From Betaproteobacteria bacterium (GTDB taxonomy: Bacteria; Pseudomonadota; Gammaproteobacteria; Burkholderiales; SG8-41): 37,532 nucleotides of DNA. Positions within the stretch are counted from its first letter, which is position 1. Each line of letters starts with the position of its first letter. A program made the translations under genes and the position numbers. Of this stretch, positions 27,908-37,532 are shown in pieces. The notes below the pieces were generated by a model, which had not been told where the DNA came from, did not search any database, and saw only the letters and a list, made by a program, of their open reading frames with translations. The stretch covers positions 1 to 37,532 of the forward strand of contig JACOVL010000076.1 of assembly GCA_016177355.1 (NCBI GenBank). The letters run 5' to 3'.

Positions 27908-30610
27908 TTATTGCCCGCTGAACACGCTCTGCCAGAGCTCCATCACTGCTTGCGAGTGCTGGCTGACCTCGGCGGGCTTCATGCGCGCGTACTTCTCGCC
28001 CGCGAGCCGCAGCACGTGCTGCTTGCGACGAAACTCCCGGTAAGCGATGCGGACCCTCTCCGCCGGCGCCGCCGGGATCAGCCCGGACTCGCTCGCGAGC
28101 TTGAGCAGCGCGAGGTTGCCGATGTTGCCGGCGAGGCCGGGATGGGAGTGCGCGAAGCCCAGTACCAGATATTGCACGATGAATTCGACGTCAACGATGC
28201 CGCCGCGGTCGTGCTTGAGGTCGAACATCGGCGTCCGGTTGGGGTGCGCGTCGAGCATCTTCCGGCGCATCGCGGCGATCTCGCGCTTCAACGCCGCGAG
28301 ATCGCGCGGCTTGCGCAACAACTCGGTGCGCAGCGCCTCGAACGCGCGCCCGATCCCGGGGTCGCCGGCCACGAAGCGCGCGCGCGTCAGGGCCTGATGC
28401 TCCCAGGCCCACGCGTGTTCGAGCTGATACTCGCGGAAGCTGGCAAGCGGGCTCACCAGCAACCCGCCCGCCCCATCGGGTCGCAGCCGCAGATCGGTCT
28501 CGTACAGCACGCCGGCCGGCGTGATCCCGGTGAGCCAGGCGTTGATGCGTTGCGCGAAGCGCGCGTAGACCTCGGAGGCCTCGGGGGCGTCGTCGTCGTA
28601 GAGAAACACCAGGTCGAGATCGGAGGCGTAGCCGAGTTCCTTGCCGCCCAGCTTGCCGTAGGCGATCACCGCGAAGCGCGGCGCCGCGCGGTGGACGGGG
28701 CGCAGCGGCCAGGAGACCCGCAAAACCTCTTCTAAGACCACGCCGGCCAGGTCGCTCAGATGGTCGCTCAGCGTCTCCAGCGGCAGAAGTTCCTCCAGGT
28801 CCTGCGCGATCAGCCGCAGGGCGTGAACGTGCTTGAAGTGCCGCAGCACGTCCATCTGCTTCTCGGCATCGCCGGCTGCGTCGTCGAGCTGCGCGCGCAG
28901 CGCGCCCGCCGCGACCGCCCAGTCCGGGGCGTCGTAGAGGGTGCGATTGTCGAGCAGTTCGTCGAGCAGGATCGGGTGCAGCGTCAGGTATTGCGCGACC
29001 CAGGGGCTCGCGCCCATCATTGCCGCAAGCCGCGCGAGGGCCTGCGGGTATTCCTCGAGCAGCGCGAGATAGGAGCCGCGGCGGCCGATGCTCTGGAGCA
29101 GGTCGAGCAACCGGTCGAGCGTCGCGTCGGGGTCGCCCCCGGACGCCGCGGCTTCCACCACCATCGGCACCAGCCGGTCGAGCCGGGACTGGCTGGCCGC
29201 CGACAGGTCCCGGTAACGGCTGCTTGCGCGCATCGCACTCAGCCGCTGCCCGATCGCCTGCGGCTCGCGGAAGCCGAGCGCCGCGAGCGAGGCGGCCGCT
29301 GTTTCGGGGTCGGCAGTTTCCTGCCACAAGTGAGCGAGTGCGTGCTCGCCGCCGGGCGATGCGGTGAAGATCTCCTCGAAATGACGCGTGACCCGGCTGC
29401 GGTGGCGCTCGAGCTCGGCGGCGAGCGCCGGATAGCCGGGCAGCCCCATGGCCTCGGCGATGAGCGCCCGGTCGGATTCCGCCTGGGGCAACACGTGGGT
29501 CTGCTGGTCGTCGAGGTACTGCAGGCGGTGCTCGAGATTGCGCAGGAAGGAATAAGCCGCCGCGAGCTCGCGGACGGCGGCCGCCGGCAGCAGATTGCGC
29601 TCGGCGAGCAGCGGCAGCAACGCGAGAGTGGGCTGCAGGCGCAGCGCGGAGTCGTGCCCGCCGCGGATCAATTGAAACAACTGCGCGATGAACTCGATCT
29701 CGCGGATGCCGCCGGGCCCGAGCTTGATGTTGCCGGCGATGTCGCGGCGCTCCACCTCGCGCCGGATCTGGCGATGCAGGTCGCGCAGCGAGGCGAGCGC
29801 GTTGTAATCGAGATGACGCCGGTAAACGAAGGGATACACGAGTTCCGCGAGATCGGCGGCGCGGTCTCCGGTCAGCGGGCGTGCCTTGATCCAGGCGTAA
29901 CGTTCCCACTCCCGTCCCTGGGTGATGAAGTAGTTCTCGAGCATGTCGAAGCTCGCCGTGAGCGGGCCGCCGTCGCCGTAGGGGCGCAGCCGCATGTCGA
30001 CGCGGAATACGTGACCGTCCGCGGTGATCTCGGATAGCGCTCCTATGAGCCGGCGCCCGAGCCGCGTGAAATACTCGTGATTGCTGATTACGCGCGGTCC
30101 CCGCGTCTCGCCGTCCTCGGGATAGACGAGCACGAGGTCAATGTCGGAGGAAACGTTGAGCTCGGCCCCGCCCAGCTTGCCCATGCCGACCACGTGCAGT
30201 TGCTGGACGCGGCCGCTTTCCGCGCCGACCGGCGCGCCGTGCTGCTCGCCGAGCCATTCGTTGAGTTGAGTCAGTGCCCGGGATATCGTGACCTCGGCCA
30301 GTGCGGTGGCGGTCGCCACGACCTCGGCGAGCGGCGCGATCCCGCCCAGGTCGCGCGCCATCAGGCGCAGCATCACCCGCCGGCGCAGCATGCGCAGGAC
30401 GCGCTTGAGGCCGGCCTCGTCGGCCGTGGGCTCATCCGCAAGCAACGCGCGCATCTCGGCGGCGCTGAACGGATGAGCGATGCCGGCATCCAACGATGAC
30501 GGCGGTCCGGTCTCGATCAGCCGCCGCGCGTAACGGCTCAGGCGCGCGACGCGCGCGAGCGGGTCGTCGGCGTGCGCTGCGGCATGCGCGTTATGGGATT
30601 CCATCGGCAA
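27908..30610 (-). CDS. glnE: bifunctional glutamine synthetase adenylyltransferase/adenylyl-removing enzyme
   Basis: 900 aa with two nucleotidyltransferase repeats (GKLGGAELNVSSDIDLV and GKLGGKELGYASDLDLVF). Confidence 0.95.
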   Translation of the reverse strand: MPMESHNAHAAAHADDPLARVARLSRYARRLIETGPPSSLDAGIAHPFSAAEMRALLADEPTADEAGLKRVLRMLRRRVMLRLMARDLGGIAPLAEVVATATALAEVTISRALTQLNEWLGEQHGAPVGAESGRVQQLHVVGMGKLGGAELNVSSDIDLVLVYPEDGETRGPRVISNHEYFTRLGRRLIGALSEITADGHVFRVDMRLRPYGDGGPLTASFDMLENYFITQGREWERYAWIKARPLTGDRAADLAELVYPFVYRRHLDYNALASLRDLHRQIRREVERRDIAGNIKLGPGGIREIEFIAQLFQLIRGGHDSALRLQPTLALLPLLAERNLLPAAAVRELAAAYSFLRNLEHRLQYLDDQQTHVLPQAESDRALIAEAMGLPGYPALAAELERHRSRVTRHFEEIFTASPGGEHALAHLWQETADPETAAASLAALGFREPQAIGQRLSAMRASSRYRDLSAASQSRLDRLVPMVVEAAASGGDPDATLDRLLDLLQSIGRRGSYLALLEEYPQALARLAAMMGASPWVAQYLTLHPILLDELLDNRTLYDAPDWAVAAGALRAQLDDAAGDAEKQMDVLRHFKHVHALRLIAQDLEELLPLETLSDHLSDLAGVVLEEVLRVSWPLRPVHRAAPRFAVIAYGKLGGKELGYASDLDLVFLYDDDAPEASEVYARFAQRINAWLTGITPAGVLYETDLRLRPDGAGGLLVSPLASFREYQLEHAWAWEHQALTRARFVAGDPGIGRAFEALRTELLRKPRDLAALKREIAAMRRKMLDAHPNRTPMFDLKHDRGGIVDVEFIVQYLVLGFAHSHPGLAGNIGNLALLKLASESGLIPAAPAERVRIAYREFRRKQHVLRLAGEKYARMKPAEVSQHSQAVMELWQSVFSGQ

Positions 30611-30672
30611 TTGGGGTTAAAATACGTAAACCCTTGACTCAATATCGCATTTTTTCGATTCTCAGGCAAAAC

Positions 30673-33600
30673 GTGAGGTTGCCCGAAAAATTCAGGTGGC
30701 TGCAGGTAAGCTCGCTCTGGGTCTACCGGGCGCTCATGTGGAGCGTGATCGCCGCCGGTCTTGCCTTCGGCTCCGCCGTGCTGGGCCTGCGCTACTGGGT
30801 CCTGCCCAACCTCGAGAGCTACCGCGAGGACATCGCGCGCATCGTCGGCGAAAAAGCGCGCCAGAAGATCGCGATCGGCAGGATCCGCGCCAACTGGGAC
30901 GGGTTGCGCCCCCAGCTCGTGCTGGAGCAGGTGACGGTGTTCGACCGCGCCGGCCGGCCCGCGCTCGAACTCTCCCGCGTGGACCACACGCTGTCGTGGC
31001 TGTCGCTGCTCACGCTGGAGCTTCGCTTCTATTCCCTCGATATCCACCAGCCCACGCTCAACGTCCGGCGCGATGCGCGCGGCGCGCTGTCTGTGGCCGG
31101 CATCGAGTTGACCGGCGACGAAGACGGCGGCGGCTTCGCCGACTGGCTGCTCAGGCAGCGCGACATCGGGGTGCACGACGCCGTCATCGTGTGGAACGAC
31201 GAGCAGCGCGCCGCGCCGCAGCTGGAACTGAAGCAGGTCAACCTGCGCATTTTCAACCGCGGCGACCGTCACCGGTTCGGGCTGCGCGCGGTGCCGCCGA
31301 AGCCGCTCGCCGCGCCTCTCGATGTGCGCGGGGACTTCACCGGGGAGACCGTCAAGGCGCTCGCCGACTGGAACGGGAAACTCTTCCTGCAGCTCGATTA
31401 CGCCGATATCGCGGCATGGCGCACCTGGGTTCCGTTCCCGATCGAATTCCCGCGCGGCGCCGGCGCGTTGCGCGCGTGGCTCACCTTCAGCCACCATCAG
31501 CTGACCGACATCATCGCCGACGTGCGGCTTGCCAACGTGCGCGCGCGGCTGGCGAGGAATCTGCCGATGCTCGATCTCACCGATCTGGCGGGCCGCATCG
31601 GCTGGAAGCAGTCGGAATCGAGTTTCGAGGTGACGACCTCCAGGCTCGGCCTGGCGACGACCGGCGGTCTGATCCTGCAGCCGGCCGATTTTCGCCTGAA
31701 CGTCGTCAACGCCGGCGAGCGCGGGCCCGCGCGCGGGGAATTGAACGCCAACGCGCTCGAGCTGGCGGCGCTGGCGGCGCTTGCCGACTACCTGCCGCTG
31801 CCAGCCGAAGCGCGCAAGCAGCTCGCCGCGCTGTCCCCCAGGGGCAGCCTGTACGACGTCGCGGTGCGCTGGAACGGAGACTGGCGCGCGCCGTCGCAGT
31901 ACAGCGCCAGGGGACGGTTCAACAACCTGGCGCTCAACCGCACGGGCAAGGTGCCCGGCTTCAACGGCGTGAGCGGCAGCCTGGAGGGTAACGAGAAGGG
32001 CGGCACGCTCTATCTCAATACGCAGAGGGCGGCGGTGGATATGCCGCTGGTATTCCGGGAGCCGCTCGAGTTCGACGTGCTCACGGCGCAGATCGCGTGG
32101 GCGCGCAACGGGGGTGAATTCGAAGTACGGCTGAACAATATATCGTTCTCCAATCCCCATCTCACGGGCACGCTGTTCGGCAACTACCGCACGGCCGGCG
32201 ACACGCGCGGTTCCATCGACCTGACGGGCAACCTGACGCGCGCCGAGTTGCGCTTCGTCAGCCGCTATATTCCGCTGGTGGCGGGCGAGGACGCGCGCGC
32301 CTGGCTCGACGCCGCTTTCCTGGCGGGCGGGTCGAGCGACGTTTCGCTGCGGCTCAAGGGCAGTCTCGACGAATTTCCGTTCCCCGACGGCAAGAACGGC
32401 GTGTTCCAGGTGACCGCGAAGGTGACGGAAGGCGCGCTGGACTATGCCAGGGGCTGGCCGCGGATCGAGAACATCGCCGGAGACCTCGTCTTCCGCGGCG
32501 CGCGCATGGACGTGAACGCGCGGCATGCCACCGTCTTCGGGGCGCGGCTGGCGAAGGTGCACGTCGAAATTCCCGATCTGACCCGCCAGGACGAGGTGGT
32601 GGGCGCGAACGGCGAAGCGGAGGGGGCGACCGGCGAGTTCTTCGCCTTCATCGAGAAGAGCCCGGTGCTCGAGATGATCGATCGTTTCACCGAGGGCATG
32701 AAGGCGCAGGGACAGGGCAAGCTGACGCTGAAACTCGCCATTCCCCTGCACGCGACCGGCAAGAGCAGGGTAAACGGCGTCTACCTGTTCGCCAACAACA
32801 CGATCGTGCCCGACCCGGACCTGCCCGCGGTCGAAAACGCGGCGGGGCGGATCGAGTTCACGGAATCCTCGGTGCGGACGCAGAACCTGACCGCTACCGT
32901 GCTGGGCGGCCCGGTGACGATCAACGCCGTCACCCAGCGCGACGCAACGGTGCGTGTCAACGTGCAGGGCCGGGTCAACGCCGACAACGTGCGCCGTGCC
33001 GGCGGCGGCCCGTTCTGGGCGCAGTATCTGCGCGGCGCGACCGACTGGCGCGCGGTCTATACGATCCGCAGGCGGGTCGCCGACGTGGTGGTCGAGTCCA
33101 ATCTGCAGGGAATCGCCGCCGACCTGCCGGCACCGCTCGTCAAGGCCGCGGCCGAGACGCTGCCGTTCCGGTTCGAGCGCCGCTCGCTCGCGGCCAACCA
33201 GGATCGGCTGGGCCTTGCCTTTGGCGACATCGTCAGCATGAACCTGGTGCGGCGCCATGAAGGCGGCCGCCGGACGGTCACGCGCGGGATGGTGCGTTTC
33301 GGCGGGCAAGCGGCGGAACCCGAGCGCAACGGCGTGTGGGTGAGCGGCGCGGCGAAGACGCTCGATCTCGACCGCTGGCTCGCCTTCTTCCGCCAGACGG
33401 GAAGCGGGGATGCGAACGTCGAATGGGGCGGCATGGACCTCAAGCTGGGCGCGATGGACGCGATGGGCCGGCGCTTCAACGAATTGGGGGTGAACGCCGC
33501 CGCGCAGGACGGGCAGTGGCGCGGCACCCTCTCCGGCAAGGAGCTCGACGGCAGCATCGGCTGGCAGCCGCAGGGGCGCGGCAAGCTCACCGCGCGGATG

Positions 33601-34515
33601 AAGACGCTCGCCGTGCCCCCCGCGGCCCCCCCCGGAGCGGCGCAGGCTGCGGGCGGCGCCCGGGCGCAGAAGGAAGCCGAGCCGCCGGCGCTCGATATTA
33701 CCGTGGACCAGTTCGTGCGCGACGACAGACAGCTCGGCCGGCTCGAGCTCAACACCACGCCGGAGGGCCGTGACTGGCGCATCGAGAGGCTCCGCATCGT
33801 CAGTCCCGACGGCACCATCGCGGCCGATGGATTGTGGCAAAACTCGCTGGCGCAGCCGCGCACGCAGGTGGCCTTGCGCCTGGAGGCGGGCGACGTCGGG
33901 AAGCTCCTCGCCCGGTTCGGCTATCCGGAAGGCGTGCGGCGCGGCACCGCGAAACTCGAGGGCGTGCTGTCCTGGAACGGCGCTCCGTACGACTTCGACT
34001 ATCCAACGCTGTCCGGCAATCTGCTGCTGGAGGCCGCGAAAGGGCAGTTCCTGAAACTCAAGCCGGGGATCGGCAAGCTGCTCGGCATCCTTTCCCTGCA
34101 GGCGCTGCCGCGCCGCGTCACGCTCGATTTCCGAGACATCTTCAGCGAGGGCTTCGCTTTCGACGAGATCGTCGGAGCGGTCAAGATCGCCCGCGGCGTC
34201 GCCGGCACCGAGGCCCTGCGCATCCAGGGCCCGTCGGGCCGGGTGGTGATGAGCGGGGAGGTGGATCTCGCGCAGGAAACGCAGAAGCTGCGGGTGCGCG
34301 TCAGCCCCCACATCAGCGACAGCCTTTCCATCGCCGCGCTGGCCGGCGGCCCGATCGCCGGCGTCGCCGCCTTCATCGCCCAAAAAGTGCTGAAGGACCC
34401 GCTCGACCGGATCGCTTCCTACGAGTACTCGGTGACCGGCACCTGGTCGGAGCCCAACGTGGTGAGGGTCGACCGCACCACCGCCGGCGCGCAGGACGGC
34501 AGCAAGCCGCAATGA
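30673..34515 (+). CDS. yhdP: YhdP-family (AsmA-like) large envelope protein
   Basis: GTG 30673 gives 1280 aa with one N-terminal TM helix (ALMWSVIAAGLAFGSAVLGL), then a long beta-rich region and a conserved C-terminal segment (YEYSVTGTWSEP). The upstream part of the 30496 ORF overlaps glnE. Synteny with tldD matches E. coli. Confidence 0.85.
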   Translation: MRLPEKFRWLQVSSLWVYRALMWSVIAAGLAFGSAVLGLRYWVLPNLESYREDIARIVGEKARQKIAIGRIRANWDGLRPQLVLEQVTVFDRAGRPALELSRVDHTLSWLSLLTLELRFYSLDIHQPTLNVRRDARGALSVAGIELTGDEDGGGFADWLLRQRDIGVHDAVIVWNDEQRAAPQLELKQVNLRIFNRGDRHRFGLRAVPPKPLAAPLDVRGDFTGETVKALADWNGKLFLQLDYADIAAWRTWVPFPIEFPRGAGALRAWLTFSHHQLTDIIADVRLANVRARLARNLPMLDLTDLAGRIGWKQSESSFEVTTSRLGLATTGGLILQPADFRLNVVNAGERGPARGELNANALELAALAALADYLPLPAEARKQLAALSPRGSLYDVAVRWNGDWRAPSQYSARGRFNNLALNRTGKVPGFNGVSGSLEGNEKGGTLYLNTQRAAVDMPLVFREPLEFDVLTAQIAWARNGGEFEVRLNNISFSNPHLTGTLFGNYRTAGDTRGSIDLTGNLTRAELRFVSRYIPLVAGEDARAWLDAAFLAGGSSDVSLRLKGSLDEFPFPDGKNGVFQVTAKVTEGALDYARGWPRIENIAGDLVFRGARMDVNARHATVFGARLAKVHVEIPDLTRQDEVVGANGEAEGATGEFFAFIEKSPVLEMIDRFTEGMKAQGQGKLTLKLAIPLHATGKSRVNGVYLFANNTIVPDPDLPAVENAAGRIEFTESSVRTQNLTATVLGGPVTINAVTQRDATVRVNVQGRVNADNVRRAGGGPFWAQYLRGATDWRAVYTIRRRVADVVVESNLQGIAADLPAPLVKAAAETLPFRFERRSLAANQDRLGLAFGDIVSMNLVRRHEGGRRTVTRGMVRFGGQAAEPERNGVWVSGAAKTLDLDRWLAFFRQTGSGDANVEWGGMDLKLGAMDAMGRRFNELGVNAAAQDGQWRGTLSGKELDGSIGWQPQGRGKLTARMKTLAVPPAAPPGAAQAAGGARAQKEAEPPALDITVDQFVRDDRQLGRLELNTTPEGRDWRIERLRIVSPDGTIAADGLWQNSLAQPRTQVALRLEAGDVGKLLARFGYPEGVRRGTAKLEGVLSWNGAPYDFDYPTLSGNLLLEAAKGQFLKLKPGIGKLLGILSLQALPRRVTLDFRDIFSEGFAFDEIVGAVKIARGVAGTEALRIQGPSGRVVMSGEVDLAQETQKLRVRVSPHISDSLSIAALAGGPIAGVAAFIAQKVLKDPLDRIASYEYSVTGTWSEPNVVRVDRTTAGAQDGSKPQ

Positions 34516-34841
34516 TGCCGAGATTCGTGCTAGTCGCGGGGCTGACCGGTGCGGCGCTGTGCGCAGCGGCCCAAACTTTTACCGTGCCGCCCGAGCTGTG
34601 GGACCGGCCGCGCAGCGGCCGCGCGATGCTCGAGCAGCCGGCAATCCGGCAGGCTGTGAATGCCTGTCTCGCGCGGCCGGGAACGCGCCTCGTCATACAC
34701 CACGGGCCCGGGCAGGAATCCGCGCTGCAGGCCGAGGAATTGCGCACATGGCTCGCGGCGCTGGCGCTCGACGCCAGCCGCATCGCCTTGCGCAACGACT
34801 TGAAGCCATCCGAGCCGCTGCGGCTCGAAGTCGCCCCATGA
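34512..34841 (+). CDS. small hypothetical secreted protein
   Basis: 109 aa with signal peptide MMPRFVLVAGLTGAALCAAAQT. High GC3. Its start overlaps the yhdP stop (ATGATG) and its stop overlaps the start of the next gene (ATGA). Confidence 0.5.
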   Translation: MMPRFVLVAGLTGAALCAAAQTFTVPPELWDRPRSGRAMLEQPAIRQAVNACLARPGTRLVIHHGPGQESALQAEELRTWLAALALDASRIALRNDLKPSEPLRLEVAP

Positions 34842-35707
34842 GCGCCTCCTCCTTCGGCAAGGCAAGGCCGCACGTGGCCAGTCCGGTCGCGCAGTCCGCG
34901 GCCACGCGCATCGCGGCGGTGCAGATGGCCTCCGGTCCCAACGTCGAGGGCAATCTCAACGAGGCGCGGCGCCTGGTCGAGAAGGCGGCAAACGGGGGGG
35001 CGAAACTGGTGGCGCTGCCCGAGTATTTCGCGATCATGGGCCTGCGCGACCAGGACAAGGTCAGGGTGCGAGAAAAGGCGGGTGGGGGCCCGATCCAGGA
35101 TTTCCTCTCCGCTACCGCGAAAAAGCACAAGATCTGGCTCGCCGGCGGCTCGGTGCCGCTCGAGTGCTCCGCGCCGGACAAGGTGCGCAACAGCTGCCTC
35201 ATCTACGACGACAAGGGCAGGCTCGCGGCGCGCTACGACAAGATCCATCTCTTCGGTTTCGAGATGGGGCAGGAGCGCTACTCGGAGGAGCGCACCATCG
35301 AGCCGGGCAAGGACGTGGTGACGGTGGACTCTCCGTTCGGCAAGCTGGGGATCTCCATCTGCTACGACCTGCGCTTTCCGGAACTCTACCGCGCGATGAA
35401 GCCGGTGGACATCATACTGATACCCTCCGCTTTCACCGAGACCACCGGGAGAGCGCACTGGGAGACGCTGATCCGGGCGCGGGCCATCGAGAATCTCGCC
35501 TACGTGCTCGCGCCGGCGCAAGGCGGCTACCATGTCAACGGCCGCGAGACCCACGGCGACAGCATGATCGTGGACCCGTGGGGCGTGGTGCTCGACCGGC
35601 TGACTCGCGGCTCGGGCGTGGTCGCGGCGGGCGTGAACCTCGACCATCTCAGGCGGTTGCGCGAGAGCCTGCCCGCGCTCACGCACCGCACCCTGTACCG
35701 CTGCTAG
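34838..35707 (+). CDS. carbon-nitrogen hydrolase (nitrilase superfamily)
   Basis: 289 aa with the catalytic Glu-Lys-Cys contexts LPEYF, YDKIHLF and ISICYDLRFPE. Confidence 0.88.
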   Translation: MSASSFGKARPHVASPVAQSAATRIAAVQMASGPNVEGNLNEARRLVEKAANGGAKLVALPEYFAIMGLRDQDKVRVREKAGGGPIQDFLSATAKKHKIWLAGGSVPLECSAPDKVRNSCLIYDDKGRLAARYDKIHLFGFEMGQERYSEERTIEPGKDVVTVDSPFGKLGISICYDLRFPELYRAMKPVDIILIPSAFTETTGRAHWETLIRARAIENLAYVLAPAQGGYHVNGRETHGDSMIVDPWGVVLDRLTRGSGVVAAGVNLDHLRRLRESLPALTHRTLYRC

Positions 35708-35716
35708 GAACGAAAA

Positions 35717-37180
35717 GTGAAAACCGAGAGCCTGAACGCGGGACCCGGGGCGGCGTTTTCCGCCGCCAACGAGATCCTGCTCGCCCCGTACGAGCTCGAC
35801 GACGGCCGCCTGCAGACGGTGTTCGGGCAGATGCTCGCGCACCGCGTGGACCATGCCGACCTGTATTTCCAGTACAACCGCAGCGAGAGCTGGAGCCTGG
35901 AGGAGGGCATCGTCAAGTCCGGGAGCTTTAACATAGACCAGGGCGTCGGCGTGCGCGCGGTGAGCGGAGAGAAAACCGCGTTCGCCTATTCCGACGACAT
36001 CAGTCTTGCCGCGCTCGAGGCCGCGGCGCGGGCAACGCGCGCCATCGCGCGCCAGGGTCAGGCCGGACGCACGCAGGTGGCGAAGCGCGCCGTGGGGCAC
36101 AACCTGTACTCGCCGCACGATCCGCTCGCGAGCCTGGCCGCCGGGGCGAAAGTGTCGTTGCTCGAGCGCATCGAGCACCACGCGCGGGCCCTCGACCCGC
36201 GGGTGGCGCAGGTCATGGCCTGGCTCGGCGGCGAATACGAGGTGGTGCTCGTCGCGCGTTCGGACGGCGTCTTTGCCGCGGACGTGCGTCCGCTGGTGCG
36301 GCTGTCGCTGCAAGTGATCGTCGAGCACGAAGGGCGGCGCGAGCAGGGCAGCTCGGGCGGCGGCGGGCGCTTCGATTACGCCTGGTTCACCGACGACATG
36401 CTGAAGGACTATGCGAGCAAGGCGGTGAACCAGGCGCTCGTCAACCTGGAGGCGCGCCCGGCGCCGGCGGGCACCATGACGGTGGTGCTGGGCCCGGGCT
36501 GGCCCGGCGTGCTGCTGCACGAAGCGGTGGGCCACGGGCTGGAGGGCGATTTCAACCGCAAGGGCACGTCCGCCTTCAGCGGCCGCATCGGCGAACGGGT
36601 GGCGGCGCCGGGCGTCACCGTGGTGGACGACGGCACGCTGGCGCGGCGCCGCGGCTCCCTCAACATGGACGACGAAGGGCAGCCGACGCAGTTGAACGTG
36701 CTGATCGAGAACGGGGTGCTCAAGAGCTACCTGCAGGACAGCCTCAACGCGCGGCTGATGAAGGTCGCGCCCACCGGCAACGGCCGGCGCGAATCCTACG
36801 CGCATATCCCGATGCCGCGCATGACCAACACCTATATGCCGAACGGCGACAGGACGCGGGAGGAGATCATCGCGTCGGTGAAGAACGGGCTCTACGCCGT
36901 CAACTTCGGCGGCGGGCAGGTGGACATCACCAGCGGCAAGTTCGTGTTCTCCGCGTCCGAGGCCTATGCGATCGAGAACGGCAAGGTCACCTATCCGGTG
37001 AAGGGCGCGACCCTGATCGGCAACGGGCCCGATGCGCTGACGCGCGTCGCCATGATCGGCAACGACATGGCGCTCGATCCCGGCGTCGGCACCTGCGGCA
37101 AGGAAGGCCAGAGCGTGCCGGTCGGCGTGGGGCAGCCGACGCTGCGCATCGACGGCCTCACCGTCGGCGGCACTGTTTAG
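35717..37180 (+). CDS. tldD: metalloprotease TldD
   Basis: GTG start, 487 aa. [18 protein letters not shown] (HExxxH) and the position after yhdP. Confidence 0.95.
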   Translation: MKTESLNAGPGAAFSAANEILLAPYELDDGRLQTVFGQMLAHRVDHADLYFQYNRSESWSLEEGIVKSGSFNIDQGVGVRAVSGEKTAFAYSDDISLAALEAAARATRAIARQGQAGRTQVAKRAVGHNLYSPHDPLASLAAGAKVSLLERIEHHARALDPRVAQVMAWLGGEYEVVLVARSDGVFAADVRPLVRLSLQVIVEHEGRREQGSSGGGGRFDYAWFTDDMLKDYASKAVNQALVNLEARPAPAGTMTVVLGPGWPGVLLHEAVGHGLEGDFNRKGTSAFSGRIGERVAAPGVTVVDDGTLARRRGSLNMDDEGQPTQLNVLIENGVLKSYLQDSLNARLMKVAPTGNGRRESYAHIPMPRMTNTYMPNGDRTREEIIASVKNGLYAVNFGGGQVDITSGKFVFSASEAYAIENGKVTYPVKGATLIGNGPDALTRVAMIGNDMALDPGVGTCGKEGQSVPVGVGQPTLRIDGLTVGGTV

Positions 37181-37274
37181 ACTCCCCGCCTCGATTGCCG
37201 CGCGTTGAACGGCGGACCACTCGTCCGTTCGGACGCGCGGACTTAAAACGGCGCGTCAGCGTCCGATTTTAAGC

Positions 37275-37280
37275 TATAAT
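37275..37280 (+). promoter_or_regulatory. possible -10 box for the DAHP synthase gene
   Basis: A perfect TATAAT lies 30 nt upstream of ATG 37310 in an otherwise GC-rich spacer. No convincing -35 was found at 17-nt spacing. Confidence 0.3.
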
Positions 37281-37309
37281 GTCTTGATTTCTCAGGCATA
37301 GAAGGCATC

Positions 37310-37532
37310 ATGCAATACCGTACTGATGACGTCCGGATCAGGGAGATCAAGGAGCTCGCGCCGCCGTCGCACGTGCTGCGCGAATTCCCGGTTTCCGAGA
37401 AAGCGTCCAAGCTCACGTACGAAAGCCGGGACGCGATCCACCGCATCCTGCACGGCGCGGATGACCGGCTGCTGGTGATCATGGGACCGTGCTCGATCCA
37501 CGACGTGAAAGCGGCCAAGGAGTACGCGGGCA
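37310..37532 (+). CDS. aroG: 3-deoxy-7-phosphoheptulonate (DAHP) synthase, class I, 5' partial
   Basis: MQYRTDDVRIREIKELAPPSHVLREFP...DDRLLVIMGPCSIHD is collinear with the E. coli AroG/F/H N-termini. The isoenzyme assignment is not determinable. Runs off the right edge. Confidence 0.9.
   Translation, partial: MQYRTDDVRIREIKELAPPSHVLREFPVSEKASKLTYESRDAIHRILHGADDRLLVIMGPCSIHDVKAAKEYAG

Noticed and set aside
30538-34512. Very long antisense ORFs. Examples: 30538-34512 minus (1324 aa), 34373-36805 minus (810 aa), 12318-13691 minus, 3610-4971 minus, 3363-5009 plus, 1494-2606 plus, 17040-18605 minus, 20571-22310 plus, 25080-26402 minus and 28191-29909 minus.
   Set aside because: Each lies opposite or out of frame to a gene with unmistakable conserved motifs (yhdP, tldD, recA, glyA, dctM, algC, the FAD dehydrogenase, the cyclase, glnE). 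Their translations are Arg/Ala/Gly/Pro-rich low-complexity strings, typical of stop-poor shadow frames in high-GC DNA.

Overview
GC-rich proteobacterial chromosomal segment. By eye most of it is about two-thirds G+C, and the gene order is typical of Betaproteobacteria and some Gammaproteobacteria. Most of the window is conserved housekeeping synteny. Left to right: TRAP dctQ-dctM (minus); glyA-nrdR-ribD-ribE-ribBA-ribH-nusB-(small membrane ORF)-thiL-pgpA-pncC; a vapBC toxin-antitoxin pair; recA-recX-lipoprotein-alaS-Bug-family binding protein. A minus-strand block follows: algC-like phosphomannomutase, YheT-like alpha/beta hydrolase, TcuA-like FAD dehydrogenase with a SnoaL-like protein, waaF, a small Zn-finger protein and ilvE. 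Then come a membrane class III adenylate cyclase and glnA, convergent glnE, yhdP-(small secreted ORF)-nitrilase-family hydrolase-tldD, and the 5' end of a DAHP synthase gene. No rRNA, tRNA or CRISPR array was seen. Three things are not ordinary core genome. (1) The left 1.5 kb is a clearly lower-GC island with two uncharacterised genes directly abutting the start of an IS3-family transposase. One protein has a HEPN-like RDFVVH motif and the other a PD-(D/E)xK-like PD...EIK motif. This is my best candidate for an undescribed defence or toxin module. (2) A recurring class of tandem 7-, 8- or 10-nt arrays sits at gene boundaries, often as inverted pairs that fill whole intergenic gaps. These arrays supply stop codons, C-terminal tails and a Shine-Dalgarno sequence, and in places lie inside coding sequence. 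(3) There are local oddities: an nrdR lacking the N-terminal half of its zinc ribbon, next to a 7-nt tandem duplication; a ribBA whose cyclohydrolase II domain lacks the zinc cysteines; a compositionally foreign segment of about 750 bp inside alaS; and TRAP membrane subunits with no binding protein. Many long ORFs in the supplied track are antisense shadows of real genes, as expected at high GC, and are not called.
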